Shown here: positions 46,001 to 58,032 of the stretch, one piece after another
Layout: each line of letters opens with the position of its first letter
Position numbering within the stretch: the first letter of the stretch is position 1
NCBI RefSeq assembly: GCF_000142905.1
Contig: NW_013657673.1
Coordinates: 124,001-188,000, forward strand
Direction: 5' to 3'
DNA: 64,000 nucleotides
Source of the DNA: Thecamonas trahens ATCC 50062
Taxonomy: Eukaryota > Protista > Apusomonadida
Notes under the pieces: model-generated
Told to the model about the DNA's origin: nothing
Database searches by the model: none
What the model saw: only the letters and a program-made list of their open reading frames with translations
Position numbers and translations under genes: made by a program

Positions 46001-48330
46001 GCCTCGGCACTGGCAGCACGGCTATCGGCAGTCGCCAGCTGCTCCAAGACACGCTCAAGCTCGGCAGCAGCGTGCCGCGAAGCCGCCGCAGACGACGCCG
46101 AGAGCTCAGCAGCGGCGTTGTCGGCCTCGAGGCGAGCGGTACGTGCGGCCGCAAGTGCCTTCTGTAGCCCACTAACCTCGTCCCGCATGGAGTCGACCTG
46201 AACTTGCAGTCCATTGGCGCGAGCTCCGGTCGCAGCGGCAGCCTGCTCGGCAAGCTCAGCGCGGGCAACCAAGTCTAAAATGCGCTGCTGTGCAGCGGCG
46301 AGCGCAGACTCGGACGCGGTCTTGGACTGCGCTGCTGCATGCTTGGCAGCTTCCACCTGTGCCTCGGCGTCCTCGGCGCGGGCAGTCATCTCCCTGCAAG
46401 CACGGCATGGCGTAGCGAGGGATGCGTTGGCGTTGGCAAGTTCCTCGCGAGCTGCACCGAGCTCGTTGACTGTTGCGCGGTGCTTGGCCCGAAGCTCATC
46501 AAGGACTGCAGTGAGCGAGGCGGCCTCGGCGGTGACCGCGGCGTGCCGGCCCTCGGCAGCGGCGAGTGCAGCCCGAGCCTCGGCAGTAGCAGCATCCCCA
46601 GCAAGCTGGGCGCGCTGCGCCATGGCGAGCTCGGCCTGGAGGCTCGTGGCCTGGTCGCGCCACGACGCTGCTTCGCGCTCGGCGGCCGCTTGGGCGGCGG
46701 CAGCAGCAGAGGCACGGCCATCGGCGTCAGCCCGCACGGAAGTCAGCTCGTCTTGAACCAAAGTCAGCGCTTCGGTGGCAGCAGTAGCGCGAGCCTCGGC
46801 GGTCGCAGCCGCCGCCGCCACTGCTGCGGCATCGACTTGCGACTCCGAGTGCTGCGAGCGGAGCGAGTCGAGTTCAGCGCCGAGAGCTGCGAGCTCCGCA
46901 CGGCTGTCGGCGGCAGCGCGGCGCATGGAGGCCATCTGTGACTTGAGCACGTCAAGCTCGGCCGAGTCAACCGCATGTTGTGCCGCAGCTTTGTTGGCAG
47001 CGGCTCGGAACGCGTTGGCATCATCGGTTACCGCCACGAGCTGGTCATGGACGCGAGCGAGCTCACCTCGCAGCGCCTCAGACTCGGCCTGCTCGTCGCG
47101 TAGCGCATCGGCTGTCGACATCGAAGCCGCTTGCAGCGCCAGAAGCTCGGACCGCAGCTGGTCGATGTCGCCCGAGAGCGCAGCGGCGCGGGCCTGGGCC
47201 TCGGCAGAGTTGTGGACCAAGTTCTCCGAGAGGTAGTGCTGCCGACGGAGCTGGGCGTTTGACTCGCGGAGTTGCTCGTTCGAGCACGAGAGTAGGTGCA
47301 GCTGGGCCTGGAGCGAGGCAACGGTGGCATCACGCGAAGAGCCGCTTCCACTTCCACTCGCCGAGACACTGGAAGTGCCCGAGACGACGCTCTCGCCGCC
47401 GTCGGCAAGCGCAGCTGCAAGCCTGTCGCGTTCGTCACGGAGCTCCTCGTACCGAGCCTGCAGCTGGAACCGCGACTCGCGCTCGTCTTCGAGCTCAAGG
47501 CTGAGGCTCGTCGTGTGAGCGCTGCGACATGCGAGCTCGTTACGCTCGGTGGCCAGCTGGTCGCGCTCGGCAGCAAGCTCGTCACGCTCAGTGGCAAGCT
47601 CGACGTTTGACATCGTCAGCTCTTCCAGCTGAGCCAGCAGATCTGTAACGTGTGCCTGGACGTCTTCAGCGTAGGCAGAGGTCACATCGGCCTTGCCGGA
47701 CTCGACAGCGAGGGTCGCCGAGACGTCTGCAAGGAGCGCATCGCGAGTGACACGAAAGCGTGCGCGCGAGTCTGCAGCGACTGCTGCCGCTGCGTCTGCA
47801 GCATCTGCAGCGTCTGTAGGGGCGTACGGCGGCGGGGAGGTCGGCTTGGGCGGAGCAGGGCGTCCGGCCAGTTCGGCGGTGCTGTGGTCATGGTCCTGGT
47901 CTCGCTGCGGCGGGAGCGGCTTGGGTGCAGCAGCATTGGCGCCAGCATAGGTAGCTGCAATGAGGTCGAGGGCAAGCTCCGGCTTTGTGCGCCGGTCGAG
48001 GTATGAGACGACGGACGGCTCGCAGACAAAGAGCTCGGCGAGGGTGGCCAGAGACGGCGGAGCCGGGCGGACGGTGGCGTTGGCGAGGACCGCGTGGCAA
48101 AGGTCGCTGAGGGCAGCGTCCTCGTCGGGGGAGACCACTGGCGCCACGCATGAGAGTAGGGCAGTCATGGCCGCCGGTGCGTCGCTGGATTGTAGCGGCG
48201 CGTCCATAGTCGTCCTCCCGTCCTCGTACACCATCCACGGCGAGGAGTGCTGCCAGTCCAGGGAGAGAGGGGTTGGTGGCGACAAAGAGGGCTGGCGAGG
48301 CGGGGAGGGAGAATTCCGCTTGTTGGGCAT
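34084..48330 (-). CDS. Giant Ala/Glu/Arg-rich coiled-coil protein (~4,700 aa if all segments join); two frameshifts and a possible 3' intron
   Basis: Consecutive same-strand ORFs 39604..49035 (true start probably 48330 or later), 37845..39632, 35212..37953 and 34084..35088 show continuous heptad character. Frame breaks at ~39670-39700 and 38007-38011. The last segment has no ATG of its own and follows an acceptor-like ...CACTCAC...AACAG at ~35124. Confidence 0.7.
36463..37428 (-). repeat. Coding tandem repeat, 42-bp unit x ~23 (14 aa: xRAEQAESQLDQxx / VRVERMDGELDQxx)
   Basis: Directly visible near-identical units with two interspersed variants. Confidence 0.95.
40832..41105 (-). repeat. Coding tandem repeat, 75-bp unit x ~3.5 (25 aa: EREAVREDMRREVARLESELRSSVA)
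   Basis: Units begin at 40850, 40925, 41000 and 41075 on the + strand. Confidence 0.92.
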
Positions 48331-48505
48331 ATGGCGGCGGAGGCACTCGCAGGCGGTGGATGTGATCATGGGAGAGAGAGTAAGCAGGTTTACTGCGGTA
48401 GCGGGTGGGTAGGAGGGTGGGATGGGTGGATGGGGGGGAGGGGGGGGGCAGCAGCGGCGTCGCTTCGCCGCGTGGCTTTGTCGCGTGGCTTCGCCGCCGC
48501 GTCGC

Positions 48506-49111
48506 CTACTCGGCGGCGTCGGCCGAGGCTGCGGCGTAGTGGCGGATGGTGTCCTTGAGGGCGCAGTTGGCAATGTAGACAAAGGTCTTCTTGTCGATGC
48601 GGCCGTTGTTGGCGGCAGCGGGCTCGGGATCAAACTTGACGGCGCCGATGTCGGCCATGGCGGTGGCGTACTGGTCGAGCGAGATAAAGCCCGAGTTGTG
48701 GACATCGTAGATGTCAAAGACGGTATCAAGGTCCTGTTCAGAGAAGAGCGCAACACGGGCAGCGGCCGCCGGAAGCTTGCTGACAGCAGCATCGCGGACA
48801 GCGGCCAGAGCCTGCAGGCGGTCGATGAGAAAGGCGCGGACGTCGTCCGGCTGGTGGAAGAGGAGTTGAGCCGAGAGCTCTTGGATGATCTCGTGCAGCT
48901 TGTGCCGTGCGACATACTCCTTGCACGCATCCATCCGATGCGAGACCATGGCCTCTGGTGCTCCAGTATTGCTGCCGTCCGTGCTTGCACCGCCCAACGC
49001 AGACGCCGCGTGTGGCAGGCCAGCATGGCCAGCAACGTCCGCAGCGGGCGCTCCGAACAGCGCCTGGGCCGACTCGTCCAACGCGGCCACCAGCTCTGCC
49101 TTTGACGTCAT
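48506..49111 (-). CDS. EFCAB10-like protein (RIIa/Dpy-30-type docking helix + EF-hand)
   Basis: EYVARHKLHEIIQELSAQLLFHQPDDVRAFLIDRL and LFSEQDLDTVFDIYDVHNSGFISLDQY. The 5' end may include an upstream exon. Confidence 0.75.
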   Translation of the reverse strand: MTSKAELVAALDESAQALFGAPAADVAGHAGLPHAASALGGASTDGSNTGAPEAMVSHRMDACKEYVARHKLHEIIQELSAQLLFHQPDDVRAFLIDRLQALAAVRDAAVSKLPAAAARVALFSEQDLDTVFDIYDVHNSGFISLDQYATAMADIGAVKFDPEPAAANNGRIDKKTFVYIANCALKDTIRHYAAASADAAE

Positions 49112-49453
49112 ATATGGTAAGGAGACGAGAGGGGATGGGGGGGGGGGGGAGGGAGGGAGGGGAAGGAGTGGAGGAGGAGTGGGGATGGTACGGTGGGGGG
49201 GGGTGGTGGTCGCGGAGAGCGGTGGTGGTGACCGGGCGGGCGTGTGGTGGTGACAGTCGGGCGGGCGGGTGGTGGCGGTTGGCGCGTTCGGGAGAGGGGG
49301 AGAGGGAAGGGGGGGGGGGCTAGCGCACCCAACCAGCTGCAACAACAAGGGCGGTACTCGGATTGCGACCACATGGGGTTTTTGATCTTGACCAAGTGCA
49401 ACGGTAATGGGTGATGAGGTGTTCGATTACAGCAGAGATGGTGCAACGCAGCA

Positions 49454-50673
49454 ATGAGGTGGGCTACTCCTCGGGTGGTGATGATTGTGATGGACAATGT
49501 CTGTAGCGTAGCATTCCCACGTGCGGTGAGTGGATGAGGGGGCGCGACATCTCGGCCATCCTCGGGGAGAACCAGAGGGGGGGACGGGGGGAGGGGGAGG
49601 GGGAGGGGGGGAGAAGCACAGCACACGCCACACCGCACTCCCTCCCCCCTCATAATCCCCCTTTCCACAACCCACAACTCAACTCCCCCATACATACACG
49701 ACACTCTATGCTTGTGGTGGTTCGCGCAGGGCTGAGCCCGGCTGGACAGACGGCGGTGACGGCAGCGACGGCGACGGCGGCGGCGGTGGTGGGTACGGCG
49801 GGAGCTGGTGGGAAGGCATGGGTGTCGACTGGAGCGGGTGAGACGCCAATGGTGAACAACCCGAAGACAAAGACACCGTACACGGACGCACTGCTGGGGC
49901 CGGACGGCGGGGCGGCGTCGCAGAAGCCCTCGTGGCGGTCGCGGCTCGCCCGAGTCCCCTTCATCGGCAACTACGTGACCGATCCCGAGGCTGAGAAGCG
50001 CGAGGCGCAGGTGGCGGAGCAGACGAAGAAGGCTGCGGCGTCGATGCCGCGGCGGCCGGGGCTCAAGCTGCCGAACCCGAACCTGTACATTGCCTCGCCG
50101 AACATCACGGTGGACAAGTTCAAGGTGCCGTCGGTCGAGGCTGCGGCCGAGACCGAGGCTGCCGGATGGTGGGCCAACTACCGCGAGTCGGCGCAGGAGG
50201 CCTCGCGCAACACCATGGCCGTCATGGCCATCAAGAAGGAGATGGACGGGTTCACCCCGGCCAAGTTTGAGGATCTTGCCGGCGAGTCTTACGTCATCGT
50301 CAACGAGGCCTTTTACGCCGGCAAGCTCGCCCCGCTCCGCCAGCTCACCACCGAGAAGCTCTTCACCGCCCTCAAGCGTGAGGTCAAGCTTGCTCGCGAG
50401 GCCGAGCGCAACTACGAGTGGTCGCTGGGTGAGTACACTGTCGCGCCCAAGATCATGCAGTCGCGCGCCTTCCCGCTCCGCGACGACCAGGACCTCTGGG
50501 CCCAGATCACCGTCAAGTTTGAGTCGCTCCAGTCGCTCCGGGTCACCTCGGCCGTCACCGGCGAGCTCATCAAGGCCGTCGACGAGACGCCCATTGTCGA
50601 GTACTGGGTCTTTGAGCGCCGTCTCCGCGCGCCCGACGACACCCACTGGCGCATCTGCGACCGCCTCATCTGA
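49454..50673 (+). CDS. Tim44-like domain protein, most like mitochondrial ribosomal protein mL45 (MRPL45/Mba1); probable intron ~49521-49729
   Basis: F...A...Y..VNEAF, LRQLTTE, WAQITVKFES.Q and EYWVFERRL...HWRI. The first exon is tentative. Confidence 0.7.
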
Positions 50674-50882
50674 GCCCCCAATACGCATCCGCCATAAAAA
50701 CACCAGCTCAGGTCAACCGTCCCCCATCTCCCTCCCGCCAATGACCCCTGCAGTCAACAGGCCACCCGCCACCCGCCAGCCACCCGCCCCCGCCACCCGC
50801 CACCCACCGGTCGCCGGTCGCCGGTCGGGCGGCAGGACGGACAGCAACCGCAAACACCACCACTTGTGTCCCTTTCGACAGC

Positions 50883-53448
50883 ATGGCTGCGGACGAGGCG
50901 GCATGGTCTGTGACCGACGTGGAAGCGGTTGACGGCATCCGGTTTGCATGGAACGGTACGTAGACCTGCCTACACATGCCAGTACCCCCTCTGTGTCTTC
51001 CCTACCATCTTCCACCACCCAGTAGTGGCTACCCAGGGGGGGTAGGGATAGGGGGGGGGGGGGGCGATGGCGGTGGCGGCAGGCCGGACGACGTGGCTGC
51101 AAAAAATGGAGGCACTGCTCGACGCGGAGTATGGGCATGGGAAGGGTAGGAGGTGTGGAGGAAGGGGGTGACGACTTACAGAGGACAACCGAGGGGGATG
51201 GACAGTGTGGCCGTCGTCCAAGGTGGAGGCTACGCGGATGGTGGTGGACCACTCGTGCATGTACACGCCGCTGAAGGAGACTGGCTGCCCTGTGCTCGAG
51301 TACGAGCCAGTGGTCTGCCGCTCGGGCGAGTGCCGCGGCATCCTCAACCCGTTCTGCCAGATCGATACCCGCAACAAGCGCTGGGTCTGCCCCTTCTGCT
51401 TTGGCCGCAACGCCTTTCCCCAGCACTACGAGTCCATTTCCGAGACCTCGCTCCCGGCCGAGCTCTTCCCCTCGTACACAACCATCGAGTACACCCTCCG
51501 CAAGACCGCCCCGGTCCCGCCCATCTTCCTCCTTGTCGTCGACACGGCCATCCACCCCGAGGAGATTCAGTCGCTCAAGGAGTCGCTCATTCTCTCGCTC
51601 TCGCTCCTCCCGGAGAACTCGCTCGTCGGGCTCATCACCTTTGGCAAGCACGTTGCCGTCCACGAGCTCGGCTTTGGCGAGTGCGCCAAGTCGCACATCT
51701 TCCGTGGCGACCGCGACGTCTCTCCCAATGACGTCGGGGTGGCGCTCAGCATTCTCGCGCCAGCCGCGCCAGGCAAGGCCGGCAGCGCGGGCGCCTCACA
51801 CCGCCAGCGGCAGATCCTCCCCGGCGGTCCGGGCAAGTTCCTGCTTCCGCTCTCGGAATGCGACCTGACCCTCACTTCGATTCTGGAGGAGCTGGAGAAG
51901 GACCCGTGGCCGGTGCCGTCGGGCAAGCGCGCCATCCGTGCTGGTGGCGTCGCCCTCTCGGTTGCGGCGTCGCTGCTCGAGGTGTGCTACCCGGCAACCG
52001 GCGCACGCATCATGTCGTTTATCGGCGGCCCGCCGACTATCGGCCCGGGCAAGGTCCTCTCCGACGACCTCGAGGAGACCATCCGCGCCCACCACGACCT
52101 CGAGAAGGGCTCAGTCCCGCACTTTAAGCCTGCTGTCGCCTTTTACGAAGCGCTTGCGAGCCGGCTCGTCGCCAACGGCCACGTCCTCGACATGTTTGCC
52201 TGCTCGGGCAACCAGACCGGAGTGCTCGAGGTCATCTCGGCCGTCAACAAGACCGGCGGCCTCCTTGTCCTCGCCGACTCGTTCACCACTTCGATGTTCC
52301 GCGAGTCGTTCAAGCGGTGCTTTGCCCGCGACGAGGCTGGTGACCTCAAAATGGCCTTTTCTGCCACGCTCGAAGTCCAGACGACGCGTGAGTTCAAGGT
52401 CGCCGGCGCCATCGGCCCGCTCTCGTCACTCGGCAAAAAGTCGTCGTGCGTCGCCGAGACCTCGATCGGCGTCGGCGAGACGTCCGCGTGGCGGCTCAAC
52501 GGGCTCATCCCGCAGACCTCGGTCGCCCTCTACTTTGAGGTGGTCAACTCGGGCGCGCCCATTCCGGCCGGCCAGCAGGGCCTCCTCCAGCTCACCACCA
52601 TCTACCGGCATGCGTCGGGCGTGTACCGGCTCCGCGTCACCACCGTCGCCCGCTCGTGGGCCGATCCCAAGGCCGAGCCCGGCCTCATCATCGACGGCTT
52701 TGACCAGGAGGCCGCCACCGTCATCATGGCCCGCAAGGCCGTGTTCAAGGCCGAGGCCGAGGGCTCGTTTGACGTCATCCGCTGGCTCGACCGCATGCTC
52801 ATCCGGCTCGTCGCCAAGTTTGGCGACTATCAGGCCGACTCACCGTCGTCGCTCACCCTCCCGCCGGGCTTTGCCATGTACCCGCAGTTTATGTTCCATC
52901 TCCGCCGCTCGCAGTTCCTGCAGGTCTTCAACTCGTCGCCCGACGAGACCGCCTTCTACCGGCACACCCTCTACCGCGAGAACGTTCTCAACTCGCTCAT
53001 CATGATCCAGCCGTCGCTCGTCGCCTACGGCTTTGACGCCGAGCCCACCCCGGTCCTCCTCGACGCTGCCTCCATCCTGCCCGATCGTATCCTGCTCCTC
53101 GACACCTTTTTCTTTGTCCTCATCTTTGCCGGTGAGACCATCGCCGCCTGGAAGAAGGAGGGTTACCAGGAGCTGCCCGAGTACGAGTCGTTCAAGACCC
53201 TGCTGCAAACTCCCCGCGACGACGCCCTACTCATCCTTAAGGACCGCTGGCCCGTCCCGCGGTACATCGAGTGCGACCAGTACTCGTCCCCGGCTCGCAT
53301 CCTCTACTCCAAGGTCGATCCCTCCGTCACCCACAACAACATGGGCGAGTACGGCCAGGAGGGCGGCGGCCAGGTCATTCTGACCGACGATGTCTCGCTC
53401 CGCGTCTTTATGGATCATCTCGCCTCGCTCGCCGTCTCATCCCAGTAA
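50883..53448 (+). CDS. SEC23: COPII coat protein Sec23; exons 50883-50955 and 51206-53448, ~771 aa
   Basis: DGIRFAWN|VWPSS after splicing; Zn finger C..C.GILNPFC...WVCPFC; FDQEAA; [11 protein letters not shown]; [14 protein letters not shown]; [14 protein letters not shown]. Confidence 0.97.
50956..51205 (+). other. Spliceosomal intron of SEC23 (250 nt, phase 1)
   Basis: GTACGT donor, GACTTAC at 51173-51179, GACAG acceptor; restores the conserved WNVWP. Confidence 0.92.
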
Positions 53449-53824
53449 CATCATCACGTGCTACGCGCCCATCGCTATGATGCCCCGCTTGCGCTCGAGC
53501 TCGTGCACTCGAGTCACCTTGATGTCTCGCACGTTGCACGTCACCTTCGAGCCCGTCTCAGCGGAAGCCTTGTGCGAGGGCGGCGATCCTTGTCCGCCCT
53601 CTGTGGTCGATTCTGTCTCGATCAAACGCCCGGCTGCAATGGGCGCCTTGGCGGCGCGGCTGTATGGCCCTCCCACCCCAAGCCGCAACAACCCATGCGA
53701 CGCCGATCGGCCGGCGCATGGCAGCAGCAGGGCGGCTTGAGGGCTTGATCATGTACTGTGTTGTTCACTTTGAGGCGCGTGCGACAACGCACCGAACGAC
53801 CGTACCGTTAAGGGTTAAGGTACA

Positions 53825-56800
53825 CTAGAGCGCAGAGGTGTCGACGCCGGCAGCGGCAAACCACTCCATGGCAGCCTCGCCCTGCTCCTGGCTGAGCTCG
53901 ACGTTGGCGAGGATGCCGCCGCCGACGGCCCGCGAAAACCCGACGACCTGCTCGACAAACCATGCGCGCGGGTTCTCGACCTCGGGCGCAATGTCCTCAA
54001 CCGCCTGCTGTGCGTTGGCAAGCTGCGCAAACTTGGTATCGTACTCGAGCGCGGATGCTTCCGCCGCCGACGAGCCCGAGTGCATGACCTGCTTCGACGA
54101 CGCCTTGGCCGCTGCCACCTTGACCTCGAGCGACTCGTCGTCCGACTTGAGCTCGAGCGCTAGCGCGTCGACAATGCCGGCAAACAGCGCGCTCCACGCC
54201 TCACCAAAGTTCTGCGCAAAGGCAGGCGTGCCGGTGAGGAGCTTGGTGAGCGAGACGACAACGGCCTTGCGCTCGACAGGATCGGCGTACCGCGCCGCCG
54301 CGTCGGCGAGGATGGGCACGAGCTGACCAAACAGGCCGCTCTGCAGCGCCTCGACGCCGGCCATGACTCCGTCCCACGTGTCCATCACTGCCGCGTACTT
54401 GGTCATCCACAGGCCCATGTGGCGGACGTACCACGGCGACTTTTCGGTTGCCGTAAGCTTGGTAAAGATGAGGATGTAGATGTTGTGGAAGGATGACGCG
54501 AGGGCCTCGGCCGGCAAGCCGGTCGTGACCGTGTGGAGGAGCGAAAAGGCGTGCGGGAAGTTGGCCCGCCGCCCGAGCAGCTTGCGGAAGATGCCGAGGA
54601 CGGGCTCGACGACGTTGGCGGCAATGACGGCGTCCGGTGCGGCGCGAACGAGCGCCTGCAGTAGCCGCACCATGGCGGGCATGTTCGACGTCACCGCCCA
54701 CAGCGCAGGTGTCATCAGCGGCTGGATGAGCGAGGTGTAGCCCTCGGGCACGTCGGCAGCAGCGCCGCCGGCCGCCGTCCGGATCTCGAGCATCGACGCA
54801 AGGATCTGGAAGACATACGGCGAAAACTCCTCGATGCCGGCCTGGAGGACGGCCGTGAATGGCTCGAAGAGCATGTCCTCAAACGCAGCGACCGCCGTCG
54901 ACTCGGACGAGCACACCGCCTTGATGATGGCGGCAAGCGCTTCAAACATGTAGTGGTTGTACGACGGATCGCCCGGGTTGGCGCACGCCTCGCCGATGCG
55001 GCCCGTCAGCCGGTCGACGCACGTTCCGACGTACGGCACAATGCCAGCGCCAGCGCACGACGCCACACGCATGATGGCCTTCATGACAAACGCGTTCTCG
55101 CGCTCGCTCCGGTCGCTGCCTGCGTCCATGGCGCCAAACAGGTTGACAAGGAGCTTCTCAAGCACGTCGCCGGTCACCACGTCCGGGCCAAAGACGCGGA
55201 GCCGCTCGCCGCTCTCGTTCGTCACGGAAGCCACGAGAATGGTCGAGAGCGCGTGCGCGGCCACCGTCCGGACCACAAACGACTCCGAGGTGAGGAGGGC
55301 AGTGGCGGGCGCGACAATCGCATGCAGCGCATCGGGTGGGAGCTGGTTGCGGAAAGTGGCGCAGAAGAGCAGCGCGTCCGTCTTGAGCACTGGCTTGCTG
55401 TTGACGTCGCCGTCGACAAGCTCGGGCACAACGTGGTCCGAGAAAAACTCGCCGATGTTGACAAACTCAGAGACCTCGGTCGTACCGAGCTTGGTCGACG
55501 ACCGGACGACAGTCATCTTGGAGACCAGGAACATGGCGGCGTCCTTGGCAATCCAGCCCTCGCCCGATGGGCTCGGGTCGGCGGTGTAGCTCTCAAGCAG
55601 CTGACCGACGTACGTGGAGAAGATCTGGGTCACCGGCTCGCGGTACTGGTCGCAGAGGCCGGCAATGAGCTGCGAAGCCGCATGCCGGCGGGTGTCGACG
55701 TCGCCGCCCTTGAGAATCTGCGCAATGTACTGGACTGGGTCGAGCTCAAAGGTCTGCATGTCGGCAGCCGTGAAGCGGACGTTGGGGAGGATGACCTGCT
55801 CGCAAATGGCCTGCAGTGCCTCCGGGTCCTGGAACAGCGCGCCGTGGGTGGCCCGCGACGCCAGCGAGGTCAGGAACTGCACGCCGCGCGCAAAGAGCTC
55901 GTCCTCGGACGGGTCCTGGCTCGTCCGCATCAGCCGCTTCCAAATGAGCTCGACAAAGGTCGGCAGGTAGTCGTCGTTGAACTCTTCGGATGCAATCTCG
56001 GTGTAGAGCGCGCAGATGGAGATGATCTGGGCGTGGAGCTCGGTGAGCGCGCTCGGCGGGTTCTCCACTTCGTACGAAAGCCACTGCGAATAGAGCTGCA
56101 TCCACGGCTCAAGGTGGTCCTCCATGTACTCGGGCAGGTCGTGGACCGAGAGCGAGTAAAAGATGCCGGCCATGGTCGACATGGCGTGAAAGAGCTGCGC
56201 CTGGAACCCAGGGTTGTCGCTCGACCCGACCGCAGCCTCGCTCGCTGCCGAGAACATCGACAGCAGCGGCTCCTGGAACTGCTTAAGCGAGTACAGCAGC
56301 TCGAGCATGAGCGCGTCCGACGCAAACTGGCCCTCGTACTTCTTGAAGACCCGCGCCACCACGCCGAGCAACGAGTTGATGTTGTCAAAGTCGCCGGCGC
56401 CCATCTCATGCTGCAGCCGCGCCACAAGCTCGGGCATGAGCGAGTCCCACCGCTCGTGGTAGTCGACGAGCGCAATGGCGTAGACCACGTCCTGCAACGC
56501 GTCCTGCACCGCCGTCGGCTGCGCCACAAGCACGCCGAGCAGCGCCTCGCGGACAACAGCCTTGTCGGCCTCGTCAATCACAATGTCGTCGTCATCAAGC
56601 CCGCCGCTCCCCACACCGTTCTTCCAGTGCCGCATCACGTAGTTCTTGAGCTGCAGTGCCGCCGACATGCCGATGGCGCCCTCGGCGCCCTCGACGAGCT
56701 TGAGGAGGACGGGCGCAAAGCCGGCCGCAGTCTTGAGATCAGCAAACGCGGCCTCAGCCGCCTTGCGCTCCTGATCGTTGCCCGAGAACGAGGCCTGCAG

Positions 56801-57010
56801 CACGCCGGCCACATGTCCCAGGGTCTCCTCATCCGCATTCAGCCGCACCACTGAGACAACGTTGCGTTGGCCGAGCCTCGGTCGTGTGAGTCGCACTCGT
56901 GATCAATCTGCGCGCCAAGAGGCACGCGGGTGGGGAAGGGGGTGGGGAGGGGGGGAGGGGGGGGGAGGGAGGGGAGAAGATGGGGTGGGGTGGGAGAGGA
57001 TGTACGTACT
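53825..57010 (-). CDS. CSE1: Exportin-2 / Cse1 (importin-alpha re-exporter), ~1,008 aa; start codon split by an intron
   Basis: IBN-N (ERKAAE...LKNYVMRHW), FYSL..HDLPEYMEDH, ICEQVILPN, FELDPVQYI, DVDTRRHAA, ENAFVMKAIMR, NP..P.YNHYMFE, EFSPYVFQ. Confidence 0.93.
56851..57009 (-). other. Spliceosomal intron of CSE1 (159 nt), located inside the ATG
   Basis: A|GTACGT ... GACTCAC (56886-56892) ... CTCAG|TG GTG CGG. Confidence 0.75.
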
Positions 57011-58032
57011 AGTGTGTGTATGTGTGTGTTGTGCAGGGGGTGACAAGTGGTGAGCAAACGTGGGCTTGGGAGGGTGGCGAGGAGGGGCTGGAGGTGGCGG
57101 TGGTGGCAAAGTCCGAAAGTTTGAAATGAAAGTGCGACCTTTCTTGATTGGTTGGAGTTTGACCACCTCCCGTGAGGCCACCATCCTGTAGACCTGTGAT
57201 GGTGGCGTTGTACCGAGTGTTTTGCATCGCACTACACATCATCAATCTGTGGGCGATTGCAAACGCTCGACTCGGACTCAAGACGCGCTTGAGCAGTCCA
57301 GCACCACGTTGTCGTCAAGGCGAGCGTGAGCGCTTGCGTGGCTGGACGTGATGGGTGACCCTGGTGAGAGAGACCTTGGCAGCAGCGGCTGTGGGAAGGC
57401 CGCCGTTGTCGCCATGCAAGACGTGGACGGCGACGGTGGTAAAGATCATCGCCTGGGCGACGAGAATGGCCGGCTCGGTGACCACCAACGCCATGCCTCC
57501 TGGCGAGCCAGCGAGCGAGGCCATTCCAGAGTTGTCCTCGCCGACGAGTGATCACTCGTTTTCCACGACGCTTTCGACATGCTGCCGCCGATGATGGTGT
57601 CCTCCGCGACGCTCACTTGCCGACTAGGCTTGGGGGCCACAACAACCGTGCGCGCGGCCGCACAATGCATGTCGAGACCGTGACGACCGCGCTATTCCAT
57701 TAAGCAAGAGTAAACGGAAGCAAGCTGCCTTCATCGCGCACCAGCGAGTGAGACCGAAGCGTGTCACGCTTCCAAGCCATGGTCAGCCGGCAGTGTACGT
57801 CGTCCTCATCGAACACATAGAGCAGACTAAAGAAGCCGTACAGACTGTTCTTGTTGCCCACTACGACCATCGAGCTGCTCCGGAAGCCAATGGCTTTCAG
57901 ATGGGCCATCGCCGCATCAGGCCGGACCAATTCCTTCGCAAGCAGCGTTGCGAAGGAATGCACAAAATCGAGGCCATCGCTCCCTCGATACCCCATGCTG
58001 CTCCTGTTGCTGCTGCTCGTTCATTGACGCGC

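Noticed and set aside
48331-49035. 5' 235 codons of the 3143-aa ORF
   Set aside because: It overlaps the EFCAB10-like gene in another frame and a low-complexity spacer; the true start is probably at 48330 or later.
53450-53820. Small ORFs between SEC23 and CSE1
   Set aside because: Competing short frames on both strands with no recognisable motif; could be convergent 3' UTRs.
54953-56854. 633-aa antisense ORF (likewise 61025..62863, 49108..50703, 2861..4138, 3970..5304 and others)
   Set aside because: Antisense shadows of genes with strong GC3 codon bias; no motifs.
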